A stretch of 63,119 bases of DNA, the filler included, from Octopus bimaculoides (Eukaryota), in assembly GCF_001194135.2 (NCBI RefSeq). It is 4 parts of 3 records of this genome, joined end to end, with 100 filler letters (N's around TTAATTAATTAA, not from the genome) between each part and the next. Parts side by side here need not be neighbours in the genome. Positions count along the whole stretch, not along the records: positions 20,537 to 36,295 come from NC_068983.1; positions 36,396 to 60,668 come from NC_068986.1; 2 more parts are not named here. One strand, written 5' to 3'. The translations under genes and the position numbers were made by a program. Positions within the stretch are counted from its first letter, which is position 1; the number at the start of each line of letters is the position of its first letter. Under the pieces are notes generated by a model. That model was not told the DNA's origin and ran no database searches. It saw nothing but the letters and a program-made list of their open reading frames with translations. Positions 25,895-37,625 of this stretch are shown piece by piece.

Positions 25895-26108
25895 GTTTTC
25901 TTATCGATGTTTATTTTTATTTGCTACGCTAAATTTCCTCTTACTCTTATTGGTTTACACATATCATGTATGTTTATATGTGTGTATATATGTATATGTG
26001 AGCACGGGCGCGAGTGTGTATGTATGTGCTGTATGTATGTGTATGTATGTGTATGTATGTGTCATTTTGCGCCTGTACAGTCTGTGCTTGTGTGTGAGAA
26101 TATATATG

Positions 26109-26140
<32 letters not shown>

Positions 26141-26248
26141 ATGCATGTATGTATATAGGTATGTATATGCATATCTATATATATATTTATTTATTTATTT
26201 AATGTGTGTTTGTCTACCTATGTATTAAGGTGTAAACGTGTAACTACC

Positions 26249-26281
<33 letters not shown>

Positions 26282-26290
26282 TGTGTGTGT

Positions 26291-26321
<31 letters not shown>

Positions 26322-26689
26322 AGTGTGTGTGAATCTGTCAGTGTTTAAGAGTTGTAAAGACCTGTTTCTGTCGCTCACAGTTACACACACACACACACAC
26401 ACACATACAGACACATATTTGATGTGCGTATGTGTGTATGGACGCGCGCGTGTGTGTGTGTGTGAGAGCAAGTATTCAGTCTATGTCGGAATGTTAGAAT
26501 TTATACTCGTGCATCTATTACATACATAAATACAAGCATACATATACACGCATATACATGCATACATAGGCGTATGCATACTCTTACGTACACACATAAA
26601 TACGCACACACACGCATGCATACATACATACATACCTTCCTGACTACGTACATACATACGCACACACATACACACACACACACACACAA

Positions 26690-26758
<69 letters not shown>

Positions 26759-27627
26759 CCNNNNNNNNNNNNNNNNNNNNNNNNNNNNNNNNNNNNNNNN
26801 NNNNNNNNNNNNNNNNNNNNNNNNNNNNNNNNNNNNNNNNNNNNNNNNNNNNNNNNNNNNNNNNNNNNNNNNNNNNNNNNNNNNNNNNNNNNNNNNNNNN
26901 NNNNNNNNNNNNNNNNNNNNNNNNNNNNNNNNNNNNNNNNNNNNNNNNNNNNNNNNNNNNNNNNNNNNNNNNNNNNNNNNNNNNNNNNNNNNNNNNNNNN
27001 NNNNNNNNNNNNNNNNNNNNNNNNNNNNNNNNNNNNNNNNNNNNNNNNNNNNNNNNNNNNNNNNNNNNNNNNNNNNNNNNNNNNNNNNNNNNNNNNNNNN
27101 NNNNNNNNNNNNNNNNNNNNNNNNNNNNNNNNNNNNNNNNNNNNNNNNNNNNNNNNNNNNNNNNNNNNNNNNNNNNNNNNNNNNNNNNNNNNNNNNNNNN
27201 NNNNNNNNNNNNNNNNNNNNNNNNNNNNNNNNNNNNNNNNNNNNNNNNNNNNNNNNNNNNNNNNNNNNNNNNNNNNNNNNNNNNNNNNNNNNNNNNNNNN
27301 NNNNNNNNNNNNNNNNNNNNNNNNNNNNNNNNNNNNNNNNNNNNNNNNNNNNNNNNNNNNNNNNNNNNNNNNNNNNNNNNNNNNNNNNNNNNNNNNNNNN
27401 NNNNNNNNNNNNNNNNNNNNNNNNNNNNNNNNNNNNNNNNNNNNNNNNNNNNNNNNNNNNNNNNNNNNNNNNNNNNNNNNNNNNNNNNNNNNNNNNNNNN
27501 NNNNNNNNNNNNNNNNNNNNNNNNNNNNNNNNNNNNNNNNNNNNNNNNNNNNNNNNNNNNNNNNNNNNNNNNNNNNNNNNNNNNNNNNNNNNNNNNNNNN
27601 NNNNNNNNNNNCACCACCACCACCACC

Positions 27628-27661
<34 letters not shown>

Positions 27662-27986
27662 TCATCATTGCCGTCGTCCTCATAGTCCTTGGCAATATGA
27701 TAGTTATTACTGAGCAGTAATAGGAGCAAGAATCTTAACTACAAACTACAAAAAAAGAAGAAAACGCAAACGAACAAAGAAACAAACAAACAAACAAACA
27801 AAAAGAACACAAACAAACAAAATGAATAAATATCTATTTATTGAAATGAATAAATAAACGTATGCAGGTGCCCGAGCACTAATAATAGCGAGAGCAACAT
27901 CTGTAACAACAACAACAACAACAACAACAGCAGTAGTTGCATTTGCAGCAGCCTGAACAATAAATAATGATAATCGTGTCTGTCTC

Positions 27987-28221
27987 TTATAGACACAAGG
28001 CCTGAAATTTGGGGGGCGTAGAATAGTCGATTATATGGACCCCAGGGCTAAACTAACTTCATCGACCCCAGGGCTAAACTAATTTCATCGACTCCCAGAA
28101 GGAGGAACAAACAAAGTCGACCTCGGCGGAATTTGAACTCAGAATGTAAAAGATAGACGAAATACCGTTAAGCATTGCATTACACCTGGCATTGCTAAAG
28201 ATTCTGTTAGCTCGCCGCCTT
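27987..28221 (-). mobile_element. tRNA-derived SINE (family B, Meta-domain-like core), full length, with a 25-bp internal duplication
   Basis: Reverse complement: ggcggcgagctaacagaat (A box)...gagttcaaattccgccgaggtcgactttg...ggggtc...tail aaatttcaggccttgtg. Confidence 0.8.
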
Positions 28222-28235
28222 AAAGAATAAACCCT

Positions 28236-28410
28236 TTCTGCTAAAGGCTCAAGGCCTGAAATTTTGGGGGGAAGGAGTTAGTCGATTGTATCGACCTCAG
28301 AGCTGAACTGATACTGGTACTAAAAGGCAAAATCGACCTCGGCAGAATTTGAACTCAGACCATGCCGACGGACGAAATGCTGTTAAGCTTTTTTGTCCAG
28401 CGCGCTAACA
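28236..28410 (-). mobile_element. SINE family B copy
   Basis: Same core (gagttcaaattctgccgaggtcgattttgcc) and tail (aatttcaggccttgag). Confidence 0.75.
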
Positions 28411-28413
28411 AAA

Positions 28414-28485
<72 letters not shown>

Positions 28486-28730
28486 NNNNNNNNNNNNNNN
28501 NNNNNNNNNNNNNNNNNNNNNNNNNNNNNNNNNNNNNNNNNNNNNNNNNNNNNNNNNNNNNNNNNNNNNNNNNNNNNNNNNNNNNNNNNNNNNNNNNNNN
28601 NNNNNNNNNNNNNNNNNNNNNNNNNNNNNNNNNNNNNNNNNNNNNNNNNNNNNNNNNNNNNNNNNNNNNNNNNNNNNNNNNNNNNNNNNNNNNNNNNNNN
28701 NNNNNNNNNNGCGTGCTAACAATTCTGCTG

Positions 28731-28864
28731 CTAATAGTTCTTGCTTTGAAGACGCGGGTCTAGGCAGGTTCTTGTGATATGCCTTGTGTTTCTGTGTCTT
28801 CAAGAAAAACAAGCTTGTTATAATAACCTGCTTAGACCTGCGTTTCCGAAACAAAAACTATTAG
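28731..28864. repeat. 134-bp fold-back (46-bp arms plus inner 11-bp stem); possible MITE or hairpin RNA
   Basis: 28731-28776 matches the reverse complement of 28819-28864 at 36/46 positions. Inner cttgtgtttct / agaaaaacaag matches at 10/11. Confidence 0.8.
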
Positions 28865-29082
28865 TAGGTCGCACCTTTTTACTATGTACATTAAGTAATA
28901 CTTGCGTCTCTCTGGATGGAATACTTTTTTTTTTTTATTTCACCTTAACAGAATAGTAAACACACACACACACACATACACACACACACACACACGCACG
29001 CACAGACCCTCTCTCTCTCTCTCGCTCTCTATTTCTCTCTCTCGCTCTCTCTTTCTCTCTCTCCTTCCGTATATATATATAT

Positions 29083-29245
29083 AGGCATATGGCCTGAGAT
29101 TTAGGGGCGTAGAATAGTCGATTACATCGAACCCAGTGCTAAACTGATACGTATTTTATCGACCCCGAAAGGATGAATAAACAAAGTCGACCTCGACGGA
29201 ATTCGAAATTAGAATGTGAAGACTGATGAAATAAAATCCCCGAAG
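29083..29245 (-). mobile_element. SINE family B copy
   Basis: Contains the reverse complement of gaggtcgactttgtttattcatcctttcggggtcgataaaatacgtatcag. Confidence 0.75.
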
Positions 29246-29269
29246 TGGACGGCACTGCACAGTACCACA

Positions 29270-29560
29270 GGTCCTATCTACTCCATCGAGGATACGAACC
29301 CAATATTGGGACCACAAATATTTAATGCCCTACCACAGAACATCAGGGATCTGTTAGGTGTAGACATGGAAGTCTTCAAAAAAAAAAAAAACATCTAGAC
29401 AGTTGTCTATTTGCAATACCGGATGAGCCCATATTGCGACAACGTCTAACTCACTAAATCACTAGAAGCAATACTGGAAAAATCCCTGAATACAGTAAAG
29501 GCGGTGCACCAGTATGGCTTCAGTCTCTGGCCGAAACTCACAAAAGATAAAAGATAAAGA
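29270..29560 (+). mobile_element. 3' end of a CR1/L2-group LINE with (AAAGAT)n-type tail
   Basis: GPQIFNALPQNIRDLLGVDMEVFKKK(L)DSCLFAIPDEP...SNSL is a typical CR1/L2-group ORF2 C-terminus. The UTR ends ggcggtgcaccagtatggc...gaaactcacaaaagataaaagata. Confidence 0.7.
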
Positions 29561-29571
29561 TATATACATAC

Positions 29572-29616
<45 letters not shown>

Positions 29617-30406
29617 NNNNNNNNNNNNNNNNNNNNNNNNNNNNNNNNNNNNNNNNNNNNNNNNNNNNNNNNNNNNNNNNNNNNNNNNNNNNNNNNNNNN
29701 NNNNNNNNNNNNNNNNNNNNNNNNNNNNNNNNNNNNNNNNNNNNNNNNNNNNNNNNNNNNNNNNNNNNNNNNNNNNNNNNNNNNNNNNNNNNNNNNNNNN
29801 NNNNNNNNNNNNNNNNNNNNNNNNNNNNNNNNNNNNNNNNNNNNNNNNNNNNNNNNNNNNNNNNNNNNNNNNNNNNNNNNNNNNNNNNNNNNNNNNNNNN
29901 NNNNNNNNNNNNNNNNNNNNNNNNNNNNNNNNNNNNNNNNNNNNNNNNNNNNNNNNNNNNNNNNNNNNNNNNNNNNNNNNNNNNNNNNNNNNNNNNNNNN
30001 NNNNNNNNNNNNNNNNNNNNNNNNNNNNNNNNNNNNNNNNNNNNNNNNNNNNNNNNNNNNNNNNNNNNNNNNNNNNNNNNNNNNNNNNNNNNNNNNNNNN
30101 NNNNNNNNNNNNNNNNNNNNNNNNNNNNNNNNNNNNNNNNNNNNNNNNNNNNNNNNNNNNNNNNNNNNNNNNNNNNNNNNNNNNNNNNNNNNNNNNNNNN
30201 NNNNNNNNNNNNNNNNNTATATATATATATATATATATATGGGGGTTGTCTAGTCCTTATGCAGAGCCTGACCACCTCTTGTACCTACACTTTAGATCCC
30301 TTATGTCATCTGATGTGGCTTTTTAATCCAGACAATGTATTGAAAAGACACCCACATTGATTGCAGCAAGAGCTTCAGTTAAGCTCCTATCTTTGTGGAT
30401 CTTAAA

Positions 30407-30487
<81 letters not shown>

Positions 30488-30827
30488 TGTATGTGCGTGC
30501 GTTTATGTATGCCACAGAACCTCCCAAAACCTAGAAACCATTAATTAAGCATTACCCTTGCCTAATAAGATTATCCTTGAAGATAATCAAGCAATACCAA
30601 TTTATATAATCACCAAAAACCATTAACCACAAAACAAATTAAACCTTACCAGAATGAAGGATAACTCATGATAACGAGTCACCAGGCTATATAAGCTTTA
30701 AAGACATAAAAGCACATCAGACATACATTCTCATCTTCATTCTCATACATTCTCTATACATATATATATGATGTAAATAATACATATGCAAATATACATA
30801 CGTATATGTACATACTTACATCTATAC

Positions 30828-30862
<35 letters not shown>

Positions 30863-31170
30863 NNNNNNNNNNNNNNNNNNNNNNNNNNNNNNNNNNNNNN
30901 NNNNNNNNNNNNNNNNNNNNNNNNNNNNNNNNNNNNNNNNNNNNNNNNNNNNNNNNNNNNNNNNNNNNNNNNNNNNNNNNNNNNNNNNNNNNNNNNNNNN
31001 NNNNNNNNNNNNNNNNNNNNNNNNNNNNNNNNNNNNNNNNNNNNNNNNNNNNNNNNNNNNNNNNNNNNNNNNNNNNNNNNNNNNNNNNNNNNNNNNNNNN
31101 NNNNNNNNNNNNNNNNNNNNNNNNNNNNNNNNNNNNNNNNNNNNNNNNNNNNNNNNNNNNNNNNNNNNNN

Positions 31171-31214
<44 letters not shown>

Positions 31215-31215
<1 letters not shown>

Positions 31216-31420
31216 CATATGTGGGCACAGGACGTCACGAAACGTACACAACAAAAACGTACGAAGCATGAGTACATGAAACATGGAACATGAACTGCTC
31301 TTTCTCACAACGAAAGACACAAATGGAAAACAAAACAAACAACATAAAGAACGACCCTTCATCAGTTGTTGGCTGGTTTTCTAGTCTCGTATTTCGAGCA
31401 TTTAACAACACTACACGCAC
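31215..31420 (-). mobile_element. Dispersed repeat, probable Penelope-like terminal repeat (copy 1)
   Basis: About 200 bp shared with 39195-39400 (catggaacatgaact...gaacgacccYtcatcagttgttggctg...agcatttaacaa). The family assignment is from recall only. Confidence 0.45.
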
Positions 31421-32077
31421 ACAAACATTTAGAAAAACATACACTTGTGTCTTATCTTCATACGCGCATTCACGAGTACAAATTTATCCTCAAGCACACA
31501 CATACCTCTATACATTAATCAATGCAGGTAAACCACAATCTACAAGAGTTGTATTGATTTCAACAAAAGAGCCTTGCTGCTTTGTTAGTGACCGTCTGGA
31601 ATTCTGCAAAAGAAAAGAAACAAATTATATATTTCCCAAAGAAACATACACACACGCACGCGCGCACGCTCATACATACATACATGCACACATGCATGTG
31701 TGTGTGTGTGTGTGTATTGGGTATAAGGGAGAGGATGGGGAAGAAAGCTGATAAATCAAATCAACGCTGGTGTTAAAGTGACAGGTGGTGGGGAGGTGTG
31801 GATTAAGCTGTTGGAAGTTGTCATATTATTGTGTGTGTGAGTGAAATGTGCGTATGTCTGTGTATGTGCGCGTGCGTGTGTGTGATATAATTTCTGCAAA
31901 GAAACGTGACACTAAGCTCGGGTATAAATGTATATATTTGTATGTGTATGTGTGTGTGTACATATATGCATATATATATATCTATAGATTTATAGATTAA
32001 AAAGACAAACGAAAGAGCGATATATATGTATTATATATATATATATATGTCAGTGTGTTTGTGTGTGTGTGTGTGGT

Positions 32078-32246
32078 AGGCATAAGCATGGCTGTATGGT
32101 AAGAAGCCTGCTTCCCAACCATATGGTTCCGGGTTCAGTCCCACTGCGTGGCACCTTAGGCAAGTGTCTTCTACTATACTATAGACTCGGGTCAACTAAA
32201 GCTTTATGAGTGGATTTGGTGGACGGAAACTGAAAGAAGCCCGTCG
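32078..32246 (+). mobile_element. SINE family A head/core running into (TA)n and a gap
   Basis: gcatggctgtatggtaagaag...gggttcagtcccactgcgtggcaccttaggcaagtgtctt...gaaactgaaagaagcccgtcg. Confidence 0.85.
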
Positions 32247-32961
32247 TATATATATATATATATNNNNNNNNNNNNNNNNNNNNNNNNNNNNNNNNNNNNN
32301 NNNNNNNNNNNNNNNNNNNNNNNNNNNNNNNNNNNNNNNNNNNNNNNNNNNNNNNNNNNNNNNNNNNNNNNNNNNNNNNNNNNNNNNNNNNNNNNNNNNN
32401 NNNNNNNNNNNNNNNNNNNNNNNNNNNNNNNNNNNNNNNNNNNNNNNNNNNNNNNNNNNNNNNNNNNNNNNNNNNNNNNNNNNNNNNNNNNNNNNNNNNN
32501 NNNNNNNNNNNNNNNNNNNNNNNNNNNNNNNNNNNNNNNNNNNNNNNNNNNNNNNNNNNNNNNNNNNNNNNNNNNNNNNNNNNNNNNNNNNNNNNNNNNN
32601 NNNNNNNNNNNNNNNNNNNNNNNNNNNNNNNNNNNNNNNNNNNNNNNNNNNNNNNNNNNNNNNNNNNNNNNNNNNNNNNNNNNNNNNNNNNNNNNNNNNN
32701 NNNNNNNNNNNNNNNNNNNNNNNNNNNNNNNNNNNNNNNNNNNNNNNNNNNNNNNNNNNNNNNNNNNNNNNNNNNNNNNNNNNNNNNNNNNNNNNNNNNN
32801 NNNNNNNNNNNNNNNNNNNNNNNNNNNNNNNNNNNNNNNNNNNNNNNNNNNNNNNNNNNNNNNNNNNNNNNNNNNNNNNNNNNNNNNNNNNNNNNNNNNN
32901 NNNNNNNNNNNNNNNNNNNNNNNNNNNNNNNNNNNNNNNNNNNNNNNNNTATATATATATA

Positions 32962-33123
32962 CGACGGGCTTCTTTCAGTTTCCGTCTACCAAATTCACTC
33001 ACAAGGCTTGGTCGGCCCGAGGCTATAGTAGAAGACACTAGTTCAAGGTCCCACGCAGTGGGTCTGAACTCAGAACTATGTGGTTGGGAAGCAAGCTTCT
33101 TACCACACAGCCACGCCTTCGCC
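32962..33123 (-). mobile_element. SINE family A head/core, inverted relative to 32078-32246
   Basis: Reverse complement of the same head; differs from the other copy at many positions. Confidence 0.85.
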
Positions 33124-33233
33124 TATAGTCTTTAGTCAGTCATTTTTTTTTTTATCTATGGATCTCTTTGTATTTTATTTTTGTGGACTGCTATAGTCAT
33201 TCGATGTTTTAAAATTCCTATTTTGTTTTTCAG

Positions 33234-33485
33234 ACATTACCTTGTGTAGGTTGGAACTCCAGGAGCCATTAAACTCTGGTCGGGAACCACTGACTGTAGT
33301 CTCCCGACTAATATGCCTTTTAATCAGAAATCAGCTCAAATCGAAATAACAACAATAACAAGATTCAACAACAATGACGACGACAAGTGCAATATTAGGA
33401 ACACCACCACCACCACCAACAGTAACAATAGCAGCAACAGTAGCAGCAGTAGCAACAGCAACGTTAATAGAAGCCAACGGAGTCG
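33234..33485 (+). CDS. Candidate first coding exon of a plus-strand gene (ATG 33313; 57 codons + 2 nt)
   Basis: Acceptor ttttgtttttcag|A at 33233/33234 and donor AGTCG|GTAAGC at 33485/33486. Encodes MPFNQKSAQIEITTITRFNNNDDDKCNIRNTTTTTNSNNSSNSSSSSNSNVNRSQRS. No downstream exon identified. Confidence 0.35.
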
Positions 33486-33511
33486 GTAAGCCATTAAAAA
33501 AAATATTTAAG

Positions 33512-34358
33512 CAGCGATTTCCAGTCGAGACATCCTGGATCACTGGGCTTCCGCTAGACCTCGCAGGGGGATTTGCAAGTAACAGTAATAAATAGGTCAA
33601 TTATATGTAAATTAATTCTCGAGGAATTTTTGTCTTCAATAATGTATTATTTTTTTTTTATTTTGGAAAATAAATCACATTTTTTGTTTATTTATATCAT
33701 ATTTTTACAGGAATTAAAAAATGAAAAAAATAATTTAAAGTATAAGCGATCAAATTATCGATGAAAAAAACAATGACCCATTATCTCATCAAGTAAACAA
33801 AGCAAAAGAAAAAAAAAGTGGGGATTCAGCAGTAGAAGATGATGGGGGGAAGGATTGACGGATTAAGCAGCAGAAGATTGGGGTGAGGGAGTTACGGGTT
33901 GTAACCCCCAGAACAAATGGTGCGTTTAGCCGTGCTTCGTAAATACGACTGCAAAGGCGTTGCCGCAGTGAACGGCCAGCGACACTCGCTGCAACAGCCA
34001 CTCTATCTTGCAGTACTCTTGTAATTTTTTTGTACAAGTACGCCATATTTATTATGGTGGAAAATCCTGACATTGATAGATAATAATTCGACCCTATGAG
34101 AAAAATTACCTCTTCGTAAGGTATTGTATGAGAATTTGCTATCTTAAAGTCTTCTTTGTGGTGTCTGATGGATTAAGTAAGTCGTACCACAAGACTTTCA
34201 AAGATGGCTTTATGATTTGTTTAATTTCTTACGGGATTTACCTTTATGAAAGAGAAAGAATAAAGGATTAATGAGGATATATAAAAGGGTTAAACGTAGT
34301 GGTTCCCTTAGAATAATTTCAAGGGGGTTCCGGGAATAAAAGTGTTTGAGAATCGCTG
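33512..34358. mobile_element. hAT/Charlie-like non-autonomous element (or two opposing termini)
   Basis: The left end CAGCGATTtccagtc and the right end (reverse complement CAGCGATTctcaaac) resemble Charlie TIRs, and Charlie-like GC-rich subterminal motifs are present. The 8-bp flanks do not match (tatttaag vs ctcgagac). Confidence 0.45.
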
Positions 34359-34792
34359 CTCGAGACACACAATTCATACCTGGGATCTTTTCTAGGATTT
34401 TATGGAAATAATTGGCGATTCCGAAAACGGACTTGTTTTCGGGTGGAAATATTCTAGCTCTCATTTGCTATCACTCCACATTGCACGATACACGATACAT
34501 TTTCATCGGCTCTTTATGACTCAACACTAATTTCATCTTATATATTAAGGATACCTTGTTACAAATCTATGGACAATGAACATACAATAGAATTTCAGTA
34601 GAAAGAAAGATTGTTATATTCCAGTCGAATGTGTGATAGAAGTAGCCATGAAATGTCTGAATCAAGGCAAAATCGTCTAATGATAGACGTTGACGATACC
34701 ACCGCTATCACAAAGATCATCGCTAAGAAATATTTATCAGAAACAACAAATTCTTTGAGAACAGTCAACTGAGGGTGGAAGAAATAATTGAA

Positions 34793-34980
34793 ATATTGGT
34801 TTCAAATTTTGGTACAAGACCAGAAATTTCGGGGAAGTGGCTAAACCTGTTTACATCTACTCCAGTGTTCAATTAATACTTATTTTATCAACCCCGAAAT
34901 GATGAAATGTAAAGTCAACATCGGCAGAATTTTAACTCAGAACGTAAAGACGGACGAAAAGCCGCTAAGCGTTTGCCCAG
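34793..34980 (-). mobile_element. SINE family B copy, diverged
   Basis: Reverse complement contains gagttaaaattctgccgatgttgacttt...ggggttgataaaataagtatt and the tail ...cttgtaccaaaatttgaaaccaata. Confidence 0.75.
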
Positions 34981-35131
34981 TAATTGAAATATTAGACGTA
35001 TATTTATATGAATTGATATTTGGATTGTTATCGTTTATTTTGTTTCAATTTGAGATGTAGGATATTAAGAAAGGAACACCAAATTCTTAACCAATACTTA
35101 TAGTGGTTTTTGCTTGATTCATTTTCCTTAA

Positions 35132-35619
35132 CCCATTAACTGCCAATTTTTTTTATTCATAGTTTTTGGCTTTGCCAGGTTTCTTAGGACTTCAAAATAA
35201 TATATAATATTTAAGTTTTATTCATATGTGAATTACTTTGGAAATTATGATAAATTTTTCGAAAAGTCCCAAATGGGGATCGCTACAAAAAAGCATATTT
35301 ATCCATATCTATTTAATTGCAATAATAAACATTTTATTATTTTTGAAACTATAGTATCAAATACGAATGTGTATGAAATATCAACGAATGATATAGATGG
35401 GAAATGCATAAAAAAAAAAACGTTTCCAAAACAGTCAATATTTTCATAGTTCAAAAATTGCGATTTATGACATAAAATTAACCAGAGCTAATAATGACAA
35501 GCTTTAACTACTAAATATTGTTAAACATACCTTAAGTAATTCACTTTAAACACCACGAACAACCGGCAATGAGACTGTTTTTAGCAGATCCCCAAATGAG
35601 GCTCATAGCAGGCAATGGG
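35132..35619. mobile_element. piggyBac-like MITE (488 bp)
   Basis: TTAA on both flanks (35128-35131, 35620-35623). Termini CCCATTAACTGCCA vs CCCATTGCCTGCTA (11/14). Internal related motifs cccaaatggggatc / gatccccaaatgagg. Confidence 0.75.
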
Positions 35620-36094
35620 TTAATACTGATTTCAATCCTTTGAAGCTGCGGTCATGTTCTAGCGATTACGATTTAGTTTGATCTTAATCGTGGGGACGCA
35701 GAGGCGGGCGGCCACATGCTTTTGTGCTTACGACTGAAAATAACGATGTTTCTGTCAGTTAAAGAACAGTTCACAAAAACCATGCGACCGCGTACTTTTT
35801 CATCTTCCAAAACCCTGCCCATTAAAGCGTAGTCTTGTTTTCAAAGGTCTAAGCATAGTATTGTCAATGTTATAATTGTGTTATATACAAAACTATTTAC
35901 TCTTCATGTCTGTGAGTGAAAAGAAATCGGGACGAAGAATTGGTAAAAGACGGAAATATATATGTATGTGTGTCGATATACATACATACATACATGCCTG
36001 CATGCATACATTCATAAAAACATACATACATATATACATACATGCACACATGTATATGTATGTATGTATGTATGTTTGTAGGTATGTATGTTTA

Positions 36095-36295
36095 TGAGGG
36101 ATGTTGGAAAGTTCCTGGCTGTATGGGTATCTTGAAAGGTTTGACTGGAGGCCCAGCATTCTGAGTTTTTTTGCAGGGCTTAGAAAAGCTGAATGACCAC
36201 TGCAATAAGTGTGAATCTGAGAGGGGAATATGTTGAATAAAATCATAATTAACTGATCCTCCTGTATATTCTTTTACCCAAAGTCAGGAACTATA
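36095..36295 (+). mobile_element. Mariner-derived MITE, right TIR cut by the assembly spacer
   Basis: TA-(C>T)GAGGGATG...AAGTTCCTGGCT left TIR. Remnant of the mariner C-terminus LEKLNDHCNKC..LRGEYVE*. Right-end partial TIR acccaaagtcaggaact. Confidence 0.7.
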
Positions 36296-36395
36296 NNNNN
36301 NNNNNNNNNNNNNNNNNNNNNNNNNNNNNNNNNNNNNNNTTAATTAATTAANNNNNNNNNNNNNNNNNNNNNNNNNNNNNNNNNNNNNNNNNNNN
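36296..36395. other. Artificial 100-bp scaffold-join spacer
   Basis: 44 N + TTAATTAATTAA (36340-36351) + 44 N. Confidence 0.95.
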
Positions 36396-36575
36396 CACAC
36401 AATGCTTAGCGGTATTTCGTAAATTCCGCCGAGGTCGACTTTGCCTTTCATCCTTTCGGGGTCGATTAAATAAGTACCAGTTACGCACTGGGGTCGATAT
36501 AATCGACTTAATCCGTTTGTCTGTCTTTGTTTGTCCCCTCTGTGTGTAGCTCCTTGTGGGCAGTAAAGAAATAAC
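36396..36575 (+). mobile_element. SINE family B with alternative 3' tail
   Basis: Young core gccgaggtcgactttgcctttcatcctttcggggtcgattaaataagtaccag, followed by the tail ttaatccgtttgtctgtc...ttgtgggcagtaaagaaataa. Confidence 0.85.
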
Positions 36576-37066
36576 ACACACACACACACACACACACAAA
36601 CAAACACTTGCATACATACACAAAGTACAACTAAAAGATGACAAAAACCGGGAAAAAAAATGAATAGGAAAGAAATGGAATATAGAAACGAATCGAAGCA
36701 ATGATTAAAATAAAATTTGCGAGAAATTAAAAGAAAATCTTACATCTATAGAAATTTCAAACAATTATTTGCTTAAATAAGATGGCCAGCAGGCATGTTG
36801 GAAAAACCAGCATCACAAACAATTCTGTTTCTTTTACAAATGACTGAAATGATATTTCTCGGGGTGATTAGAACTATTATAACTTATATTTATTGGTTAA
36901 ACGTACACAAAGCATGTTTGTGTTGAAACACGTGCTTTATGAACGAATGTATATGTATTTGTGTGTATGTATGTATTATATACGAATACATGTGTATGTA
37001 GGTGTGTATGTGAATGTGTTCGTGTTTGTGTGTGTGCGTACTGCTTGTGTGTGCGTGTGCGTGTGT

Positions 37067-37100
<34 letters not shown>

Positions 37101-37559
37101 TTATTAATGTGTGTGCAGATGCGCATACAATAACACACGACGCACATCTTACATTTGTTTGTATTTTGTAGGCTCTGTCATTCAAGCAATTTAATATGAA
37201 TTTACGTATCTGAATACACACAACATACATTGATTCATACATACATACATACATACATGCATACATACACACACTTTCTTTATAGAGGATAAGAGAAAAC
37301 GTACACAATACGTTTGTAGAATGTGATTATTATATATTTTCCGGATGAAGCTGTATGCCATGACTTAAGTTTCACGTTCACATGCTATTCCATGGTGCGT
37401 CTGAACGAGCACGTAGACGCGAAACGTAAGTCATGACACGCACACACACACTCACACAAACACACAAACACACATACACACAAGCATATGTATATATATG
37501 TAGGTAATGTGTATATACATACATACATGTATATATCACAGTATCTCAGTATCGACCTG

Positions 37560-37625
<66 letters not shown>

